A stretch of DNA of 64,000 nucleotides from Balanoglossus misakiensis (GCA_040954595.2 CM082584.2:7397919-7461918); one strand, 5' to 3'; positions 1 through 24,600 are shown, numbered from the stretch's first letter. Notes: a model not told the origin generated them from the letters alone. A program made the numbers and translations.

Positions 1-765
1 TGAACAGAACAAACAAACACCTGCCATGACGACCAAAATAATGCGAAAGATGGCGACCGTGCGTTGTCTGTGTACATGAATAAATTAACTTACATTATGA
101 TGTCACCAATATTTCTCTAAAATCGTTGGAATTCCGTATTACTGAATAGTCAAATATTAATACCATGAGAAACTGTGCTTATTGAGCGATGACTGTGCAA
201 TTACTCTTTTTTGAAAGCGTTTGAAATCGAAAGGAAGTATTTTTTTCTACAAGCTGTTGTTTTTTTATGGAGGATGACACAAGGGAACGTGTTCAACTAA
301 CCATTCATACAGCTGCATAATGAATTGACGTGAACACAGCGTCCTATTAATTATTTTTCGATGCCACATGCGAAGACCAATTACCTGCGGCTCTCCACAA
401 TAACAACACATTGATTGAGATATTATGTTTGGTTACAGCATACGTTTTAGATGGCTCAATCTCCACATGATCTCAACGATAGAGAAAAGCACCTTCTTAT
501 CGCGGCGTCCATAGATCACCGATTTAGTAACAGTGCCTCATTTAATTAGTAACAGTACTAATTTAAATTTGCCATTTTTCTTTCGAAAGAGCACACGCTG
601 TTTTTTTTAATTTTGGAGGATATGCCTCACCAGATTGGATTCATAATGAAAACATAAAATTATTTTGACCCCATACTGCCATGTTCTTCCACCATATGGT
701 AGTTATTGTTATATCTGCCTCGCAACCTACACTGATATCACTTTCTGCTTTTAATAGTCGACGAG

Positions 766-1692
766 ATGGAGCTTATTGGGGCACAAATCATCGCCATGGT
801 TGGTCTCTTCGTTGTTGCAGGCATCTGCGGTCTAATTCCGATCGTCCTAGGCCGGTGCGTACAGAGTCCGATCGTGGAACAGACGTTCGGTTTTCTGAAT
901 TTTTTGGCGGGAGGCGTGATTTTGGCGACGAGTATGCTGAACATGCTGCCGGAGGTGCGCGCGGAATTGGTTCTGGCGGGTGACCACCTGAAACGTGCTT
1001 CTAATTTCCCCGTCGCTGAATTTCTCGTCTGCGCTGGAGTGTTCCTCATGTTTATGCTGGAACAGGCGATTTCGTTCTGTGCCGAACAATGCGTCGGTGG
1101 CAGCGATGAGGACATGCCGCTGAAACCTCCGGGCTCGGAAGGAAGTCCTGCTTGTTGTTATAACTCTACCACGAACGAGGAGACCATCAACCAGGAGACC
1201 GTGACGTCGGCAGATGGCAGTGTACCACCAACCCCACCATCATCTCACGTCAAATCTTACATGTTTTTCTTAGCTATCTGTATCCACGGCGTATTCGAGG
1301 GCATGGTGCTGGGACTGCTGCCGAACGCGAACAACGTGCTCATCCTCTCAGCGGGAATAGCATGCCACGAGGGTCCGGTCAGTTTCAGTTTCGCCGCCAG
1401 CGCCGTTCGCGCTGGCCTCGGCACGCGCGCCGCCGCGGCGCTGGTCGCTCTGCACGCGTCGGTCTTCCCGCTGGGCACCGGAATCGGCATCGGGGTGAAC
1501 TCGTTCTCGGACGGGACGACGAGGAACCTGTTCAGCGGCATCATGCAAGGTTTGGCCTGTGGAATGTTACTCTACGTTACGTTCTTTGAAATACTCCCCG
1601 GTGCGATCAAGGAGAGACAGTACAGAGCCCTGAAAACGGCAGTCCTCATACTTGGCTTTGCGGTCATTGCAATGCTCTATTTAATACATTAA
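766..1692 (+). CDS. ZIP (SLC39A1/2/3-like, subfamily II) zinc/divalent metal transporter, single coding exon, 308 aa
   Basis: About 8 hydrophobic segments; LNFLAGGVILATSMLNMLPE (TM2), FPVAEFLVCAGVFLMFMLEQ (TM3), ICIHGVFEGMVLG (TM4 signature), IACHE (TM5), GLACGMLLYVTFFEIL (TM7), all typical of ZIP1-3. Confidence 0.93.
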   Translation: MELIGAQIIAMVGLFVVAGICGLIPIVLGRCVQSPIVEQTFGFLNFLAGGVILATSMLNMLPEVRAELVLAGDHLKRASNFPVAEFLVCAGVFLMFMLEQAISFCAEQCVGGSDEDMPLKPPGSEGSPACCYNSTTNEETINQETVTSADGSVPPTPPSSHVKSYMFFLAICIHGVFEGMVLGLLPNANNVLILSAGIACHEGPVSFSFAASAVRAGLGTRAAAALVALHASVFPLGTGIGIGVNSFSDGTTRNLFSGIMQGLACGMLLYVTFFEILPGAIKERQYRALKTAVLILGFAVIAMLYLIH

Positions 1693-2319
1693 CTATACAC
1701 GAAGAGCGTTACATATGCTGACCTGGGGCCTATACATTGATCTTCACATTTCATTCGTGGTTCCTTTACTCCCAAAGAAGTGTTACAGTAATGCTTATTC
1801 TGTTTACATTGTACATAATTCGCTGTGACTTCCAGCGTTTAATATTGTCTGGAATTTTGTGGTGTATTTACCTTGTGTAAAATTACCGTATACATGTACA
1901 GTCATGTATTTGAGTTTTCCATGCATTTGTATATTAGCAATTACAGGCAGATTTATCAGTGTTTTCACTTTTTCGCGCCATCGTTTCACGTTTTCGCCAT
2001 ACATTCTTTTCTTCCATTATGTCACTTTTTTGTTCTTTTTGTGGCATTCGGTGTTTAGAGTCTGTGATAAGCAACAAAATAAACCGAATAACATTTTTAT
2101 TTGACGATTTGGATTTGTCATCGATGAGAGCGCCATCACAACGAATGCCTGCATTTTACATTGCCTGTAAAAATAGCTCTAAATTTCGTCATCACTATAA
2201 AGTGCCATCTGTTCTCAGTTAGAAATCGTAGATAGGGGTAAATGACTAAAGCTTTATGGTAAAACGCACATATTTGTGTGTTCTTCATTGAAATCGTTAA
2301 TCAAACACCCCCACAGTAC

Positions 2320-2340
2320 CACACACACACACACACACAC
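2320..2340. repeat. (CA)10 microsatellite
   Basis: Read directly from the sequence. Confidence 0.9.
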
Positions 2341-2980
2341 GTAGACACAGACACACATCACCCATACCAGAATACCACTCCCGAGGCATATCTCATTAGT
2401 TTCAGCATATTTTTTAATTCTGTCGTCATCCCTTTATAATTTCAGTTGGCCTCATTTTATCTCGACTTTGCTGATTGTTTGATGGAGTCAATATAACAGG
2501 CCTCAGTTTAACAACCATCTTTCACAAAAAGCAATCATGTATTGTGCCTAATCTGTTCGAAGTTTGTGGCAGATAGATTACACTTTCCAGGTGCGAAAAT
2601 AATTATACTACTCATATAAAAATAAGTTAAAGAACTAAAGACAAAACAGTCATTTAAAATTCATTCAACTGAAATGCGCCTTCATCTGTCCACTTTACTC
2701 CAAAACACAGCATTCATACAACCAGAAAATATCCTATTCGAAAACGAAATCATCAGATCATCGCAGCTGAATCACCTATCGCTCTCGTGATGTGACAATA
2801 ATTGAGTCACGGTCTCAAAGCAAACGTCACCAGCGAGGGCGCTGACCATATCGCGACCAACATAGCTGCCTGCCAGCGTACGTTCCACGGTACGGATTGT
2901 TGTTGCCATTTGCCTTTTTTTCCAACAATTTAGCCCTCGTGTGACGACCTTGTGCTGTATCGTCATCCCAGGTCAAGGGG

Positions 2981-5900
2981 TCACGGTGAATCTTCGATTA
3001 CACAGTCTCTCTGCAGGTATTTTTCCAGCGTTGTCGTGTAGTGCTGGCAGTTGTTTGACATAATTTGATATCGCTGGGTGTCTGGGTAGCTCTGCCATTT
3101 TCTGTTCAGCGCTCGAATCTGCTCGAGTGAGCATGCGCTGTAACCGATTTTTATGGGGCTGTAATCGCAGCAAGGGTCTTCACGGTTTTCCTCTGAAATG
3201 GGGAAAAATCGAGAGATGATTTTCAGTACCGGTCTATCATAATACATGTGCTGACAATTATACAATGAATCAAACGCCAGAGATTACTTTTCGACGGCTG
3301 ATTTATGATTTTGTCGACCTTTACCGTTCATTGATTGATTGATGGGAGGGAGGGAGAGAAAAATGGTGCATTGTTCTGAATAGTTTGTGTAACCACGTGA
3401 ACTTACTGATTGTATTGCCAGCAGAAAAATCGAAAACAACGCCATGGAATTCAATATAGGTGTGTGACGGTCCATTTGGCCAGACTTTATGTATGCGGCG
3501 ACGCCTTCGTCGTTTACGGTCCTCGCCGGATCTCAATAGGAGCTGGAACTCATCGTCTGTCAAGTCGTCGCTTTCGTCTTGTCTGCGATAGTTCAGGACT
3601 TCCACGCCAGTGTACTTGATTTCTGACAAGCTCAGCCTCCGCTTGCAGAGACAGTACCGATACTTGGTACTGACTTCTGTGTTTAAAAGAAAAGGGCAAG
3701 ATGTTAAAATACATCCCTGTACATGTATATGTATATTTTATCTGTATATTAAGTTATGCAAATTTTCAACATCTGCCGAGGATTTAGAATTTACCATGAC
3801 CTCAGATATACAAACTAGTAGAAAAAATCAAAATCGATTTTTTCTTAATTTGGACAACCACTCGTGTACAGACCTCCACATGTTTGATGAGTTTGACTTG
3901 TTTACATTTTACCGGTGAAACGGCAATGGCATATAGGCCTAACCTTAGTTTGATACTAAGCTGTGTGTCCGATGGAAAATTAAATCAATGCGTACCCCTG
4001 AATAGGAACACCGATATAACATAGCAAAGATAATTAAATTTGGTGTGATCATGAAGAATCTGACAGTTTTAAATTTCAACTTCGCTGAAAAAATGTGTTG
4101 CTATTATTCAAAATGTCTATCACTAAAAGAATAAAGACTGTCACAGATCATGATTTATAGTACTATCGAGAAGATAAACTTCCAAACTGACAACAAAACC
4201 TTTGCACAGCGTGATTAAGAACTTCCTGTGCAACCAATAAAATCACGCGAGGCAAAACCACAAAGAGCATCGGGTCGATAAGCCATCACTCCACCACTGT
4301 GCTCATGGTCATATGAACTGACGAGACTGTACGAGTTCGCTGGAAAAATAGGCAATATCCCTGATTTTCAGGTACAGGATCCCCGTGCATGGTATGTCAC
4401 TCACCCATTGAGGGGCGGAGACTAGGTCACATGTCATATGCGCATAAAGGCAACTCTTCCCACCTTCTGAGTCACTTCTGAGGTAGCCGTCTTGCAGCTA
4501 ACAGTGCACTCTGTGTGCTCCTGATCCAATCTCTTGGCTACCGCTATTTTGCGTTTATTTACGTTCAAATCCCTTCTATGCGTCACTAGTACGCCTCTGT
4601 GAGGCTGGATTGCTAGATTGGTGGGTTTACGGAGCTATTTTCCCGGTGTTATTGCTTATTCGGTCCGTCTGAGCCGGGACGGGTGTTCTGTCGCCCAAGC
4701 CCAGCATTACAAGTGCGTGTTCTGTCCACGCACACGTCGAACGCTTCAGTGACCGTCGTCATCGGAAGCTCGTTCACGTTACCACACTGCAGATTTCTGT
4801 GGGACAGGCAGACGAGCACACAGCAGCAATGTTATAAAATTACAGTGTGATCGTGCGTGTGTGAGTGTCTGTCTATCTGTCCCATCGTGTCTTTTCACAC
4901 ATATCTGTAAACGTCTGTGAGCACTTTTTTCTGTCTGTCTCGCTGACGCCGATGTGTACTTTGACACCTTTCATATCCGATCCCGTACTTGTATCACCGT
5001 TATTTCGGAAACGATTATTTACTGAACAAACACCTGGGCGTTACCTGCCGATTACAATGGTGTGACAAGATACAGTTGATAATCAAATTAGCAGAGACCA
5101 CGCGAGTTGTTTTTATCGGGGAGGATTTTAAAATTTAAATGCCACCTTAATATCAAGACCACCTAATCTCAGTAATAATATTGGGTCTCTAATTGTGTCT
5201 TACCTGTATCTGTAATAGCAGACAAATATTTCTGATCACTCATATCCTCTATATGTAAGAAAGAAAGAAAGATTGATATTGGTGTTATATTTGCTATGTT
5301 TTCCCATGCGTTGTATCATAACCAGATATTTATCCGTTTTTCACTTTTTGGAGGATACCATCCTATAAAATATGTATCAGACAGGATAACGGATAAGATG
5401 TGAAATATGCTTACCGTGTGTGTCATTGGTGGACGATGCTAACGATGTGTCCTGCTTGAAGATGCCGTCATATTCACTCTCTGCTGCAGTTACATTACTG
5501 CTTGCTCGTGTTGAACCTAGGAATCAGAAACACCCATCAGAAAACGGTCTCTTTGTAAATAACGTCTTTGCAGTTTCGGTTGATTTATACAGTATTTTCT
5601 GGTCCAGGATATCTTGTAATTATACAATGTACCAAATTGAGATATTTTGTTTATCTGCGCGCCATAGGCAAATATTGAATTTTCGAAATATTAGCTTATA
5701 TACGAGAAACATGGCAAAGTTGGTTATGTCCCCGTCCATGGAATTTTGGACGATATCCAAAACATGTGATGGTGGCTAGGCCATTGTCTGTAAACAGTGA
5801 CGTATCTCACATTTAACACACGATATAAACACCGGGTACTGTCAACAAGTTGATATTGGTGTACCAAAATGTCATGTCAAATAGACAAATTCCACGCGCT

Positions 5901-6228
5901 CGTAGTGCGCGTACATCCTAAGAAATCTATCTTTTTGATGTCGATGTGTATCATGGTTTCTGTATATGTTCGTTGAAACATAAAAAGTAGACTTGAATAT
6001 GAATCGACGTTTTGAGGTAGAAAATGTGCAATGTGTTTGTAAAATGTTCTTCTTGCATGCACAGGTTTGATCTGTTGTGTAATCGGTGTTGTGCACTGGG
6101 ATGTGAACACACAAACAATGTAAAACGTTCTTACCTATCCCCACATTGCGTGCGCATGCCTTGACATTTCCAAACTGAACCGCAATGCCGACGAACACGA
6201 TTAAGATGCTCACTTTCAAGAAGTCCAT
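2981..6228 (-). CDS. Secreted permuted-papain-fold (PPPDE/DeSI/LRAT-like) His-Cys hydrolase precursor, ~225 aa; exons 6228-6135, 5516-5415, [optional 5209-5204], 3676-3407, 3192-2981
   Basis: All introns are GT-AG and phase 1; the joined CDS is 678 nt and open. N-terminus MDFLKVSILIVFVGIAVQFGNVKA looks like a signal peptide; sequons NVT and NDT; His motif GPSHTYIEFHGVVFDF precedes Cys motif YQIMSNNCQHY (H-before-C order of permuted NlpC/P60 enzymes). An alternative in-frame ATG lies at 6249. Confidence 0.78.
4395..5067. mobile_element. Probable solo LTR (~670 bp) inside an intron of the peptidase gene
   Basis: Begins TGTCACTCACCCATTG and ends CAATGGTGTGACA (TG...CA termini with an extended imperfect inverted repeat); composition differs from the flanking AT-rich intron; no coding capacity. 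Flanks TGGTA/AGATA are only an imperfect TSD. Confidence 0.55.
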
Positions 6229-6299
6229 GATCCCGGCACAACTCACCATTCGCGATCTTTGTCGAATGTTGTATGGGCAATTGTGTTATGTAGTGTGGA

Positions 6300-6307
6300 T
6301 CACGTGA
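6300..6307. promoter_or_regulatory. TCACGTGA E-box (CLEAR/MiT-TFE or USF type) just upstream of the peptidase start
   Basis: Palindrome ~70 nt upstream of ATG 6228; further copies at 7989-7997, 8867-8875 and 8880-8889. Confidence 0.4.
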
Positions 6308-8160
6308 TTATCTTTTGATATCTCATTTCCTATCGTAAATCGTACCATTGCTGCGTTGCTGTGTGATCGATTGTTGCGTGGATGGCTCGGTTCGTTTGTC
6401 ACGAGATAAACATGAAATCAAGTAACGTGTTGGTTAGTTCAGAGGCAGTACTGTATGACTTTTGTGCAGGAATGAGCAGAGAAGATGAACACCGCCAGCG
6501 CCCAGTTGTATAATTCATTCGTTTTTGGAAAGTTGGTGAACAAGTTACTTTACACGTCTTTTGTAAAACAATTGCATAACGCATGTTACAGCGCCCCTTT
6601 TCAAAACTATCTGCGTTACCGAGGATCGGGCACACACCCACGTTGAAACCGATACCAGAATCCAATTAAAATCCAGTTTGTATACTCTCTGCTAGCTATT
6701 CAATAATGCATAACTCTGAAAGGTTACAAACCTCCGTGCATGCGACATCCAAACGTGCCACCGTTTCTCCTCTTATGAAAAATGTGAACATTATACCTGC
6801 GTCATATTTTGTCGGTCACTCATCCAGCTGCAAATCGATTGATTGCGCGACTTCGCTGAAGTAGCCACGAGGGTCTAATTCCAGTCGTTTTGTTTCTATC
6901 GTGGGTTTACTGCAGCTGTGAAGGTGGCGTTCTACGATAAAAAATGCCATCTTCCTGTCAGTGTTAATACGCCCACCTGCATTATTCTCCCGCTTGTGCT
7001 TCGAAACGGCCAGTCACCCACAAAGGTCGCTGCAAAGCGTTGATGGTGCGATCTGCCTGGCAGACGACATTCATTCTCGCCTCATTTAACACACGCTCGT
7101 TTAATGAACCCTTTCTCGCGGGAATTAGCTTCATCTGAGTTTATAAGGGGAGCGTGCGGTTTGCCCCGTCGAAGAAATCGATTTTCCTCGCCTGGAGCAC
7201 TGAAGTATGCCCGTAGCGATTTGGCCTTTGAAGTCCCCTCACGATGCACAGTCCGACAGCTTTCAATTTTCTCGCTGTACATCGTGACGCCCAGTTTAAT
7301 AATTACAGATCGAATTCACAAGATCAGACTTTCTGAAGAGAGCATGGAAATACGAGCATAAAATAGGTGTCCTTATTCTAAACACGAATTCAGTAAGCGT
7401 TCGGGGCGCTGTTTATTCACAATCTGACTTGGTTGTGAAGAAGTCTACGATCGAAACATGTCGATAAATTTCCACGTGAATGTAAAAAATAAGACGTATG
7501 AAGCAATGAAGTGTTTTAAATAACTCTTTATTTATAATAAAAATCAATCTATACCTGTGTATCACCAAAAACAACTTACCGGGAAATTCTAATGAAGGTA
7601 TGTATTTATCGAGAATTTTGGTAAATTTCCTCCGGAAGGAAGCGTTTCGCACTGGTAAACGTTTCGGTGTTAATCTCTAGTGGACGCCATATTTGTACTG
7701 AGAAATGGATTCAACACAGGTTTCAAATTCGAAAAAAAACAAGAAAACTGCACAAAGTGAAAGAAGAAACGCAAACAAAAAATTTAGAAGAAAAAAGACG
7801 GTTGCAGTGACGTCAGACATGCATCCGGCAACAAGTATACTGTAGGAATCAGTTCATTCGTAGAAAGCGAATAAAAGTTCAGACACCCCATGCACAGTGT
7901 TATATAAAGCAGTTACAGTTATTGTTGGTCGAAGCGACCATTTTCTCTCGTTTGGAACTCGTGCAAGACAAGAGGAGACTTGGAAGGATCACGTGACTGA
8001 GAAAATTAACATGCTGTGCGACACGGAGAGGCGCCATTTTGTTCTGAGAGAATGAACGTCACACTCCAACAGTACAACTTGAGCCACACGTCTACCCTGT
8101 ACAACCTCGTCATCCAAAAGCAGGAGACGGCAAACACACTAAAACAAAACACAAACTCAC

Positions 8161-8175
8161 AATAAATAAATAAAT
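8161..8175 (-). promoter_or_regulatory. AU-rich element (overlapping AUUUA pentamers) in the presumed PLK 3' UTR
   Basis: Minus strand reads ATTTATTTATTTATT, ~1.1 kb downstream of the stop codon and upstream of candidate AATAAA signals near 7412 and 7527. Confidence 0.5.
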
Positions 8176-9278
8176 TATAGGAATGCTTGGGCCTAGTACA
8201 ATTTCTGCCGCCCATCGAATTCATTCCGCTCTCGACGAAAAATGCGGACTACGTACATCACTCAATGGCGGGCAGTCGCAGTACCGTGCAATTTCCATCA
8301 GGAGACGTTGCAGCAAAGAAGTGTCAAACAAACAAACGCCAAAGGGGCACATTCTGCCAACCTCCGACTTAAAGCTATGAAATAATTTTACATATACGCG
8401 CATGAAGGTGCATAGGATCTTAAATTACTCTGATAAAAAAATTATAATTTTGACTCTAAATATATCGGCCTGTTTTTAAACAGCCACTACATTTCCCAAA
8501 GGAAAATATCTGAAATCGGTCTATCGTGTATCTTAGACAAGACTGCCATCTACTTTTACATATTTATAAAGCAAAATAATTCATTGATTTTGAAACGACA
8601 AAAAGCTGGCTTTGGAAGGACGCATGCCAGTGGAACTTGAACACTAAACAATTCAATAAGAAAAAGAGAAAAATTATCTATGAAAATGTGTAATGAAGCT
8701 TCAGATTTCTTGAACTTTATCTCTAAGACAAAAACTACGCCTTCGACTTGAAACTTGGCCACAAATCTGCCAAAATCAGGAAGCCCGTACTTTATAGTTA
8801 TTACAATCAGTTATGTACTTTCGGATTGGTTGAGTACTCGCAGTCTCGATGTGAAGACGTGGCAGATCACGTGACGACTGTCACGTGACGTAAACACCTA
8901 ACAATACAAGACGACTTCAGCAAAAAATTCCCAGCACCAAAAAAACTAGCGTCATTTCAATAGTACATTATACCTGTATTCTCCATACACCGTCCTTAGT
9001 CCTAAGAGTCAAATGCATAGTGATTTTGAAAAAATAATCATTTGTAAATTTTAGACTGATCGACATTCTCGTACCAAATGAAAAGTTGATGCTAAGAATG
9101 TGAGTCTGTGCTCTTGAAACGGAGCATAATTTTTTAGCAATATTGTAAATGTTTCATGTACACACGGTGTGTTAATAGAAATCCTGCATTCAGGCATTTT
9201 ACGCATGGTGTCAACGGAACAAATTTTCCGAGTGACATTGGAAAATAAAGTCTTATATTACAGTGTGGTAAAAATACA

Positions 9279-21634
<12,356 letters not shown>

Positions 21635-24600
21635 TCGTGTGCTGACTGCTTGCGTGGCTCTCGGCAACGGCGTTGAAATGTTAGTGAGATCACCTCTGCG
21701 TGATTCGGAGAGAGATGGGGGACGTGACGTCTTTTTGTAATGAGGAACTCCGGAGTTTCGACGTACAGTGTTATCGCGAACGGCGGCAAAATTATACTGT
21801 GTTCAACCACGTGTTAAATGACAACAGATCAAAACAGGTGTCCCTATCGACTTAACCAATCGGCGTAAATGTGATTTCAGCGCTTGGACTTCAATTATCG
21901 CCAAAACAAAAGAAGCTTTCCCCGGAGAATTTCGCTGTAGCTCCCGTGTTGTTGGTTCCCTTTTCACGTAAACTCACTATGAATGGTGGTATTGACAAAT
22001 ATAGCCCTTAGCTACTCTGGGAAACAACAATTTGTATGCAAAAATCCATAAAAGTCGGGTATATTCACGGCTGCCGAAGTCGACCTGCTGATAGGCTGCG
22101 ATCAGTGGTGTGGTCGCTGCATTACAATAGCGGTTAGGTCACGCTGGCTGTCACAAGACGGTACGTCAATGAGCCTCGACCATTTCTGTGTAGGGGTGTT
22201 GCGTTACTCGTTACCGGTTGTCATTATCCATTCCCGTGCAAAAACCACCCAAAGAAAATAATTCGAAATACGCCGACTACACATCGGAGACACCCGACAG
22301 GTATGCGTTCTAAATTTACATTTACTTTGCTTTACGAAACGTCCCGGTGTGTGAAAACACATTCGCACCTTGCATCGAATATACTCAGTCTGGCGAGGGT
22401 CACGGAATATTAATTGTGTGCCATAGAAGGGCAGTGTTTACGAATACGTCATCGCAGGGGCGGGACTCGCGACATCTCGACCCGGCGATAACGACGCCCT
22501 CAACAAACAGGTTCAGGACGGTCCCTAGCTCGCGGCCTCGTTTATGCCTTTTTGTAATATATTCATGTCGCTACGCAACAAATATACGTCCGATAAGAAA
22601 TGACATAATAACATACTTATTTGAATATAACGATTAAAAATAGAAACATTGAAATGTCAACAGGAAGGTAAATACCAGCATATTGTCTTTTCTGATTACG
22701 GTTTTGAGGAATCTCAAATAACTGTAAACCCCTATTAATTGTTCAATATTAGAGAGAGTTGAGCACAGACATTAATTGCTTCGACTGAAACTGAATTCTG
22801 GTTCATATGTGTTAATAACACCATTCAAAAGTAGTCTTTACCTAAACATTTCGTCTCTCGTATAGTGTAGAATATTACAGTCATAATAATACATGCATAT
22901 TCATACGCACGATTCGGTGAAACGTTGCGGATATTATATCATTCGGTGTCATACAAACATATTTTAATATGAATATTTTTTAAATTATGCATATGCCATG
23001 TGGTGTGAATATGCGCTAAATTTAATTGTCTCTTAAAAGCGTAAAGCAACAACTTTCTTTTCTCCGCCCGAGGAGTTAGACTGAGAGATCCGTCGCCATC
23101 CGTGAGCAGACGACAATCACGCTGTGACGACTGAATTTTGTGACACTCGACGCCGGAAACGCGAATGGCGTATCTTTCAGTCGGACACGGTGATCGTGAT
23201 GGCGTATAAAAACATTCAATATTTCGTATCGATTTCCGACAAAGTGTGTGTTTATAGTCAATGATGTTATTGGCTCATAAAAGAGTATTACTAAAATGTT
23301 GGTTCGAATTGCACGAAGGAATCAATAATTCACCTTCAATCATTGTATTTTTTATACTTGTACATTTTACGTTTGATAGAGAATGTCGATATTTTGGTCG
23401 TTTCCCTTTTCCGTGGCCTGAGTTGCTTTGCCTTTAGCGCATGCGCTTATTCATTAATGAACGAAACTCTGGTGATAGTTGATTCCCCTCTCTCCAAACC
23501 ATTCAGGCCGCTCTGTTCACTCAGAAGAAATCAGCAAACAGACAGAGGTCTTCAACAAATGCGCACAAGCACAACATAACATTCTCTTCCAATCCCTTCT
23601 TCTGCGAATAATGCGTGGGCAGACCAGTTTGACAATCCAATATACATCTGTAACCCATCTGATCGTGCAATACCACCCAATACCACCCAAAGATACATGA
23701 TATAATAAATATAAAAATGAGTTGCAATGCCATATTTAGAAGCCCTCTTTCCTTTGTAAACATATATGCCAATTATGAGTAATATATGTTATACCGGGTC
23801 ATCATGGTAACCAGGCCATGAATACTGTTTTGAAAATCTGACGATTATATGTTCGTACTCACATCACCACAGTGGTGGATATTTTGCGTTTAAGAAGTCG
23901 CCTTGTTCACAGAAGACAATTACTGTTTATTACATTTTAAAATACATATTTCCGAAATGTAACAGGCGCCAGATACTCCAGACGCTTGCATGTTTTCTAC
24001 ACATCACACATATATATATCCCTTCATTTGTTTCAGGATCCGAAACAACTGATGAATTATCACAGATCCTTAGTCATACATTCTGGTGGGTAGCTGAGAG
24101 AATGACTCACATACGATTTTCTCAGAATCTGTCGGAATAAAATAAGTACAATTACCTTGAATTAATTTATCGATTTTTTTTTCCGCCGAGAGGAGGCAAT
24201 TGTTAAGAAAATATCTAATTGGTCAAGGGATGGTAGCTTAAGGATCGCAGTTATATTTAAGTCTAGGGTCATGTGTGTCTTGTTAATACCGGACGCTAAT
24301 CACGGGCGTGCCCGAGGCGCCTGTGACCCTTGACCGAAAACCATTCCCTTCGTGTCCTGATGATCAAGCCAAAGGAATTTAACAAACGGGCTGCGAGAAA
24401 TTCCCAGGCAATGACAGGATCGTTTAAACGCCTGGCCCTATAGCAATCTCACGTTGCGTGATGAGTTAGAAAATAGGAACTGACGTAATGGGCTGATCAC
24501 ATCATGTCTCGGGGGCACTTGACAGGACTGCGCTGTGTTCAGAATTGACAGTACATCTATTCTGTGCATACGAAATAAGCTCAATTACAATCTACGAATA

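Noticed and set aside
2935-2983. Possible Sec readthrough/SECIS after the peptidase TGA
   Set aside because: Another in-frame TGA follows after 5 codons, and the nearby TGACGA/TCGTCA hairpin lacks SECIS geometry.
4395-5067. Telomerase RNA, 7SK or RNase P/MRP identity for the intronic element
   Set aside because: No telomeric template or recognisable conserved regions; the termini fit an LTR better.
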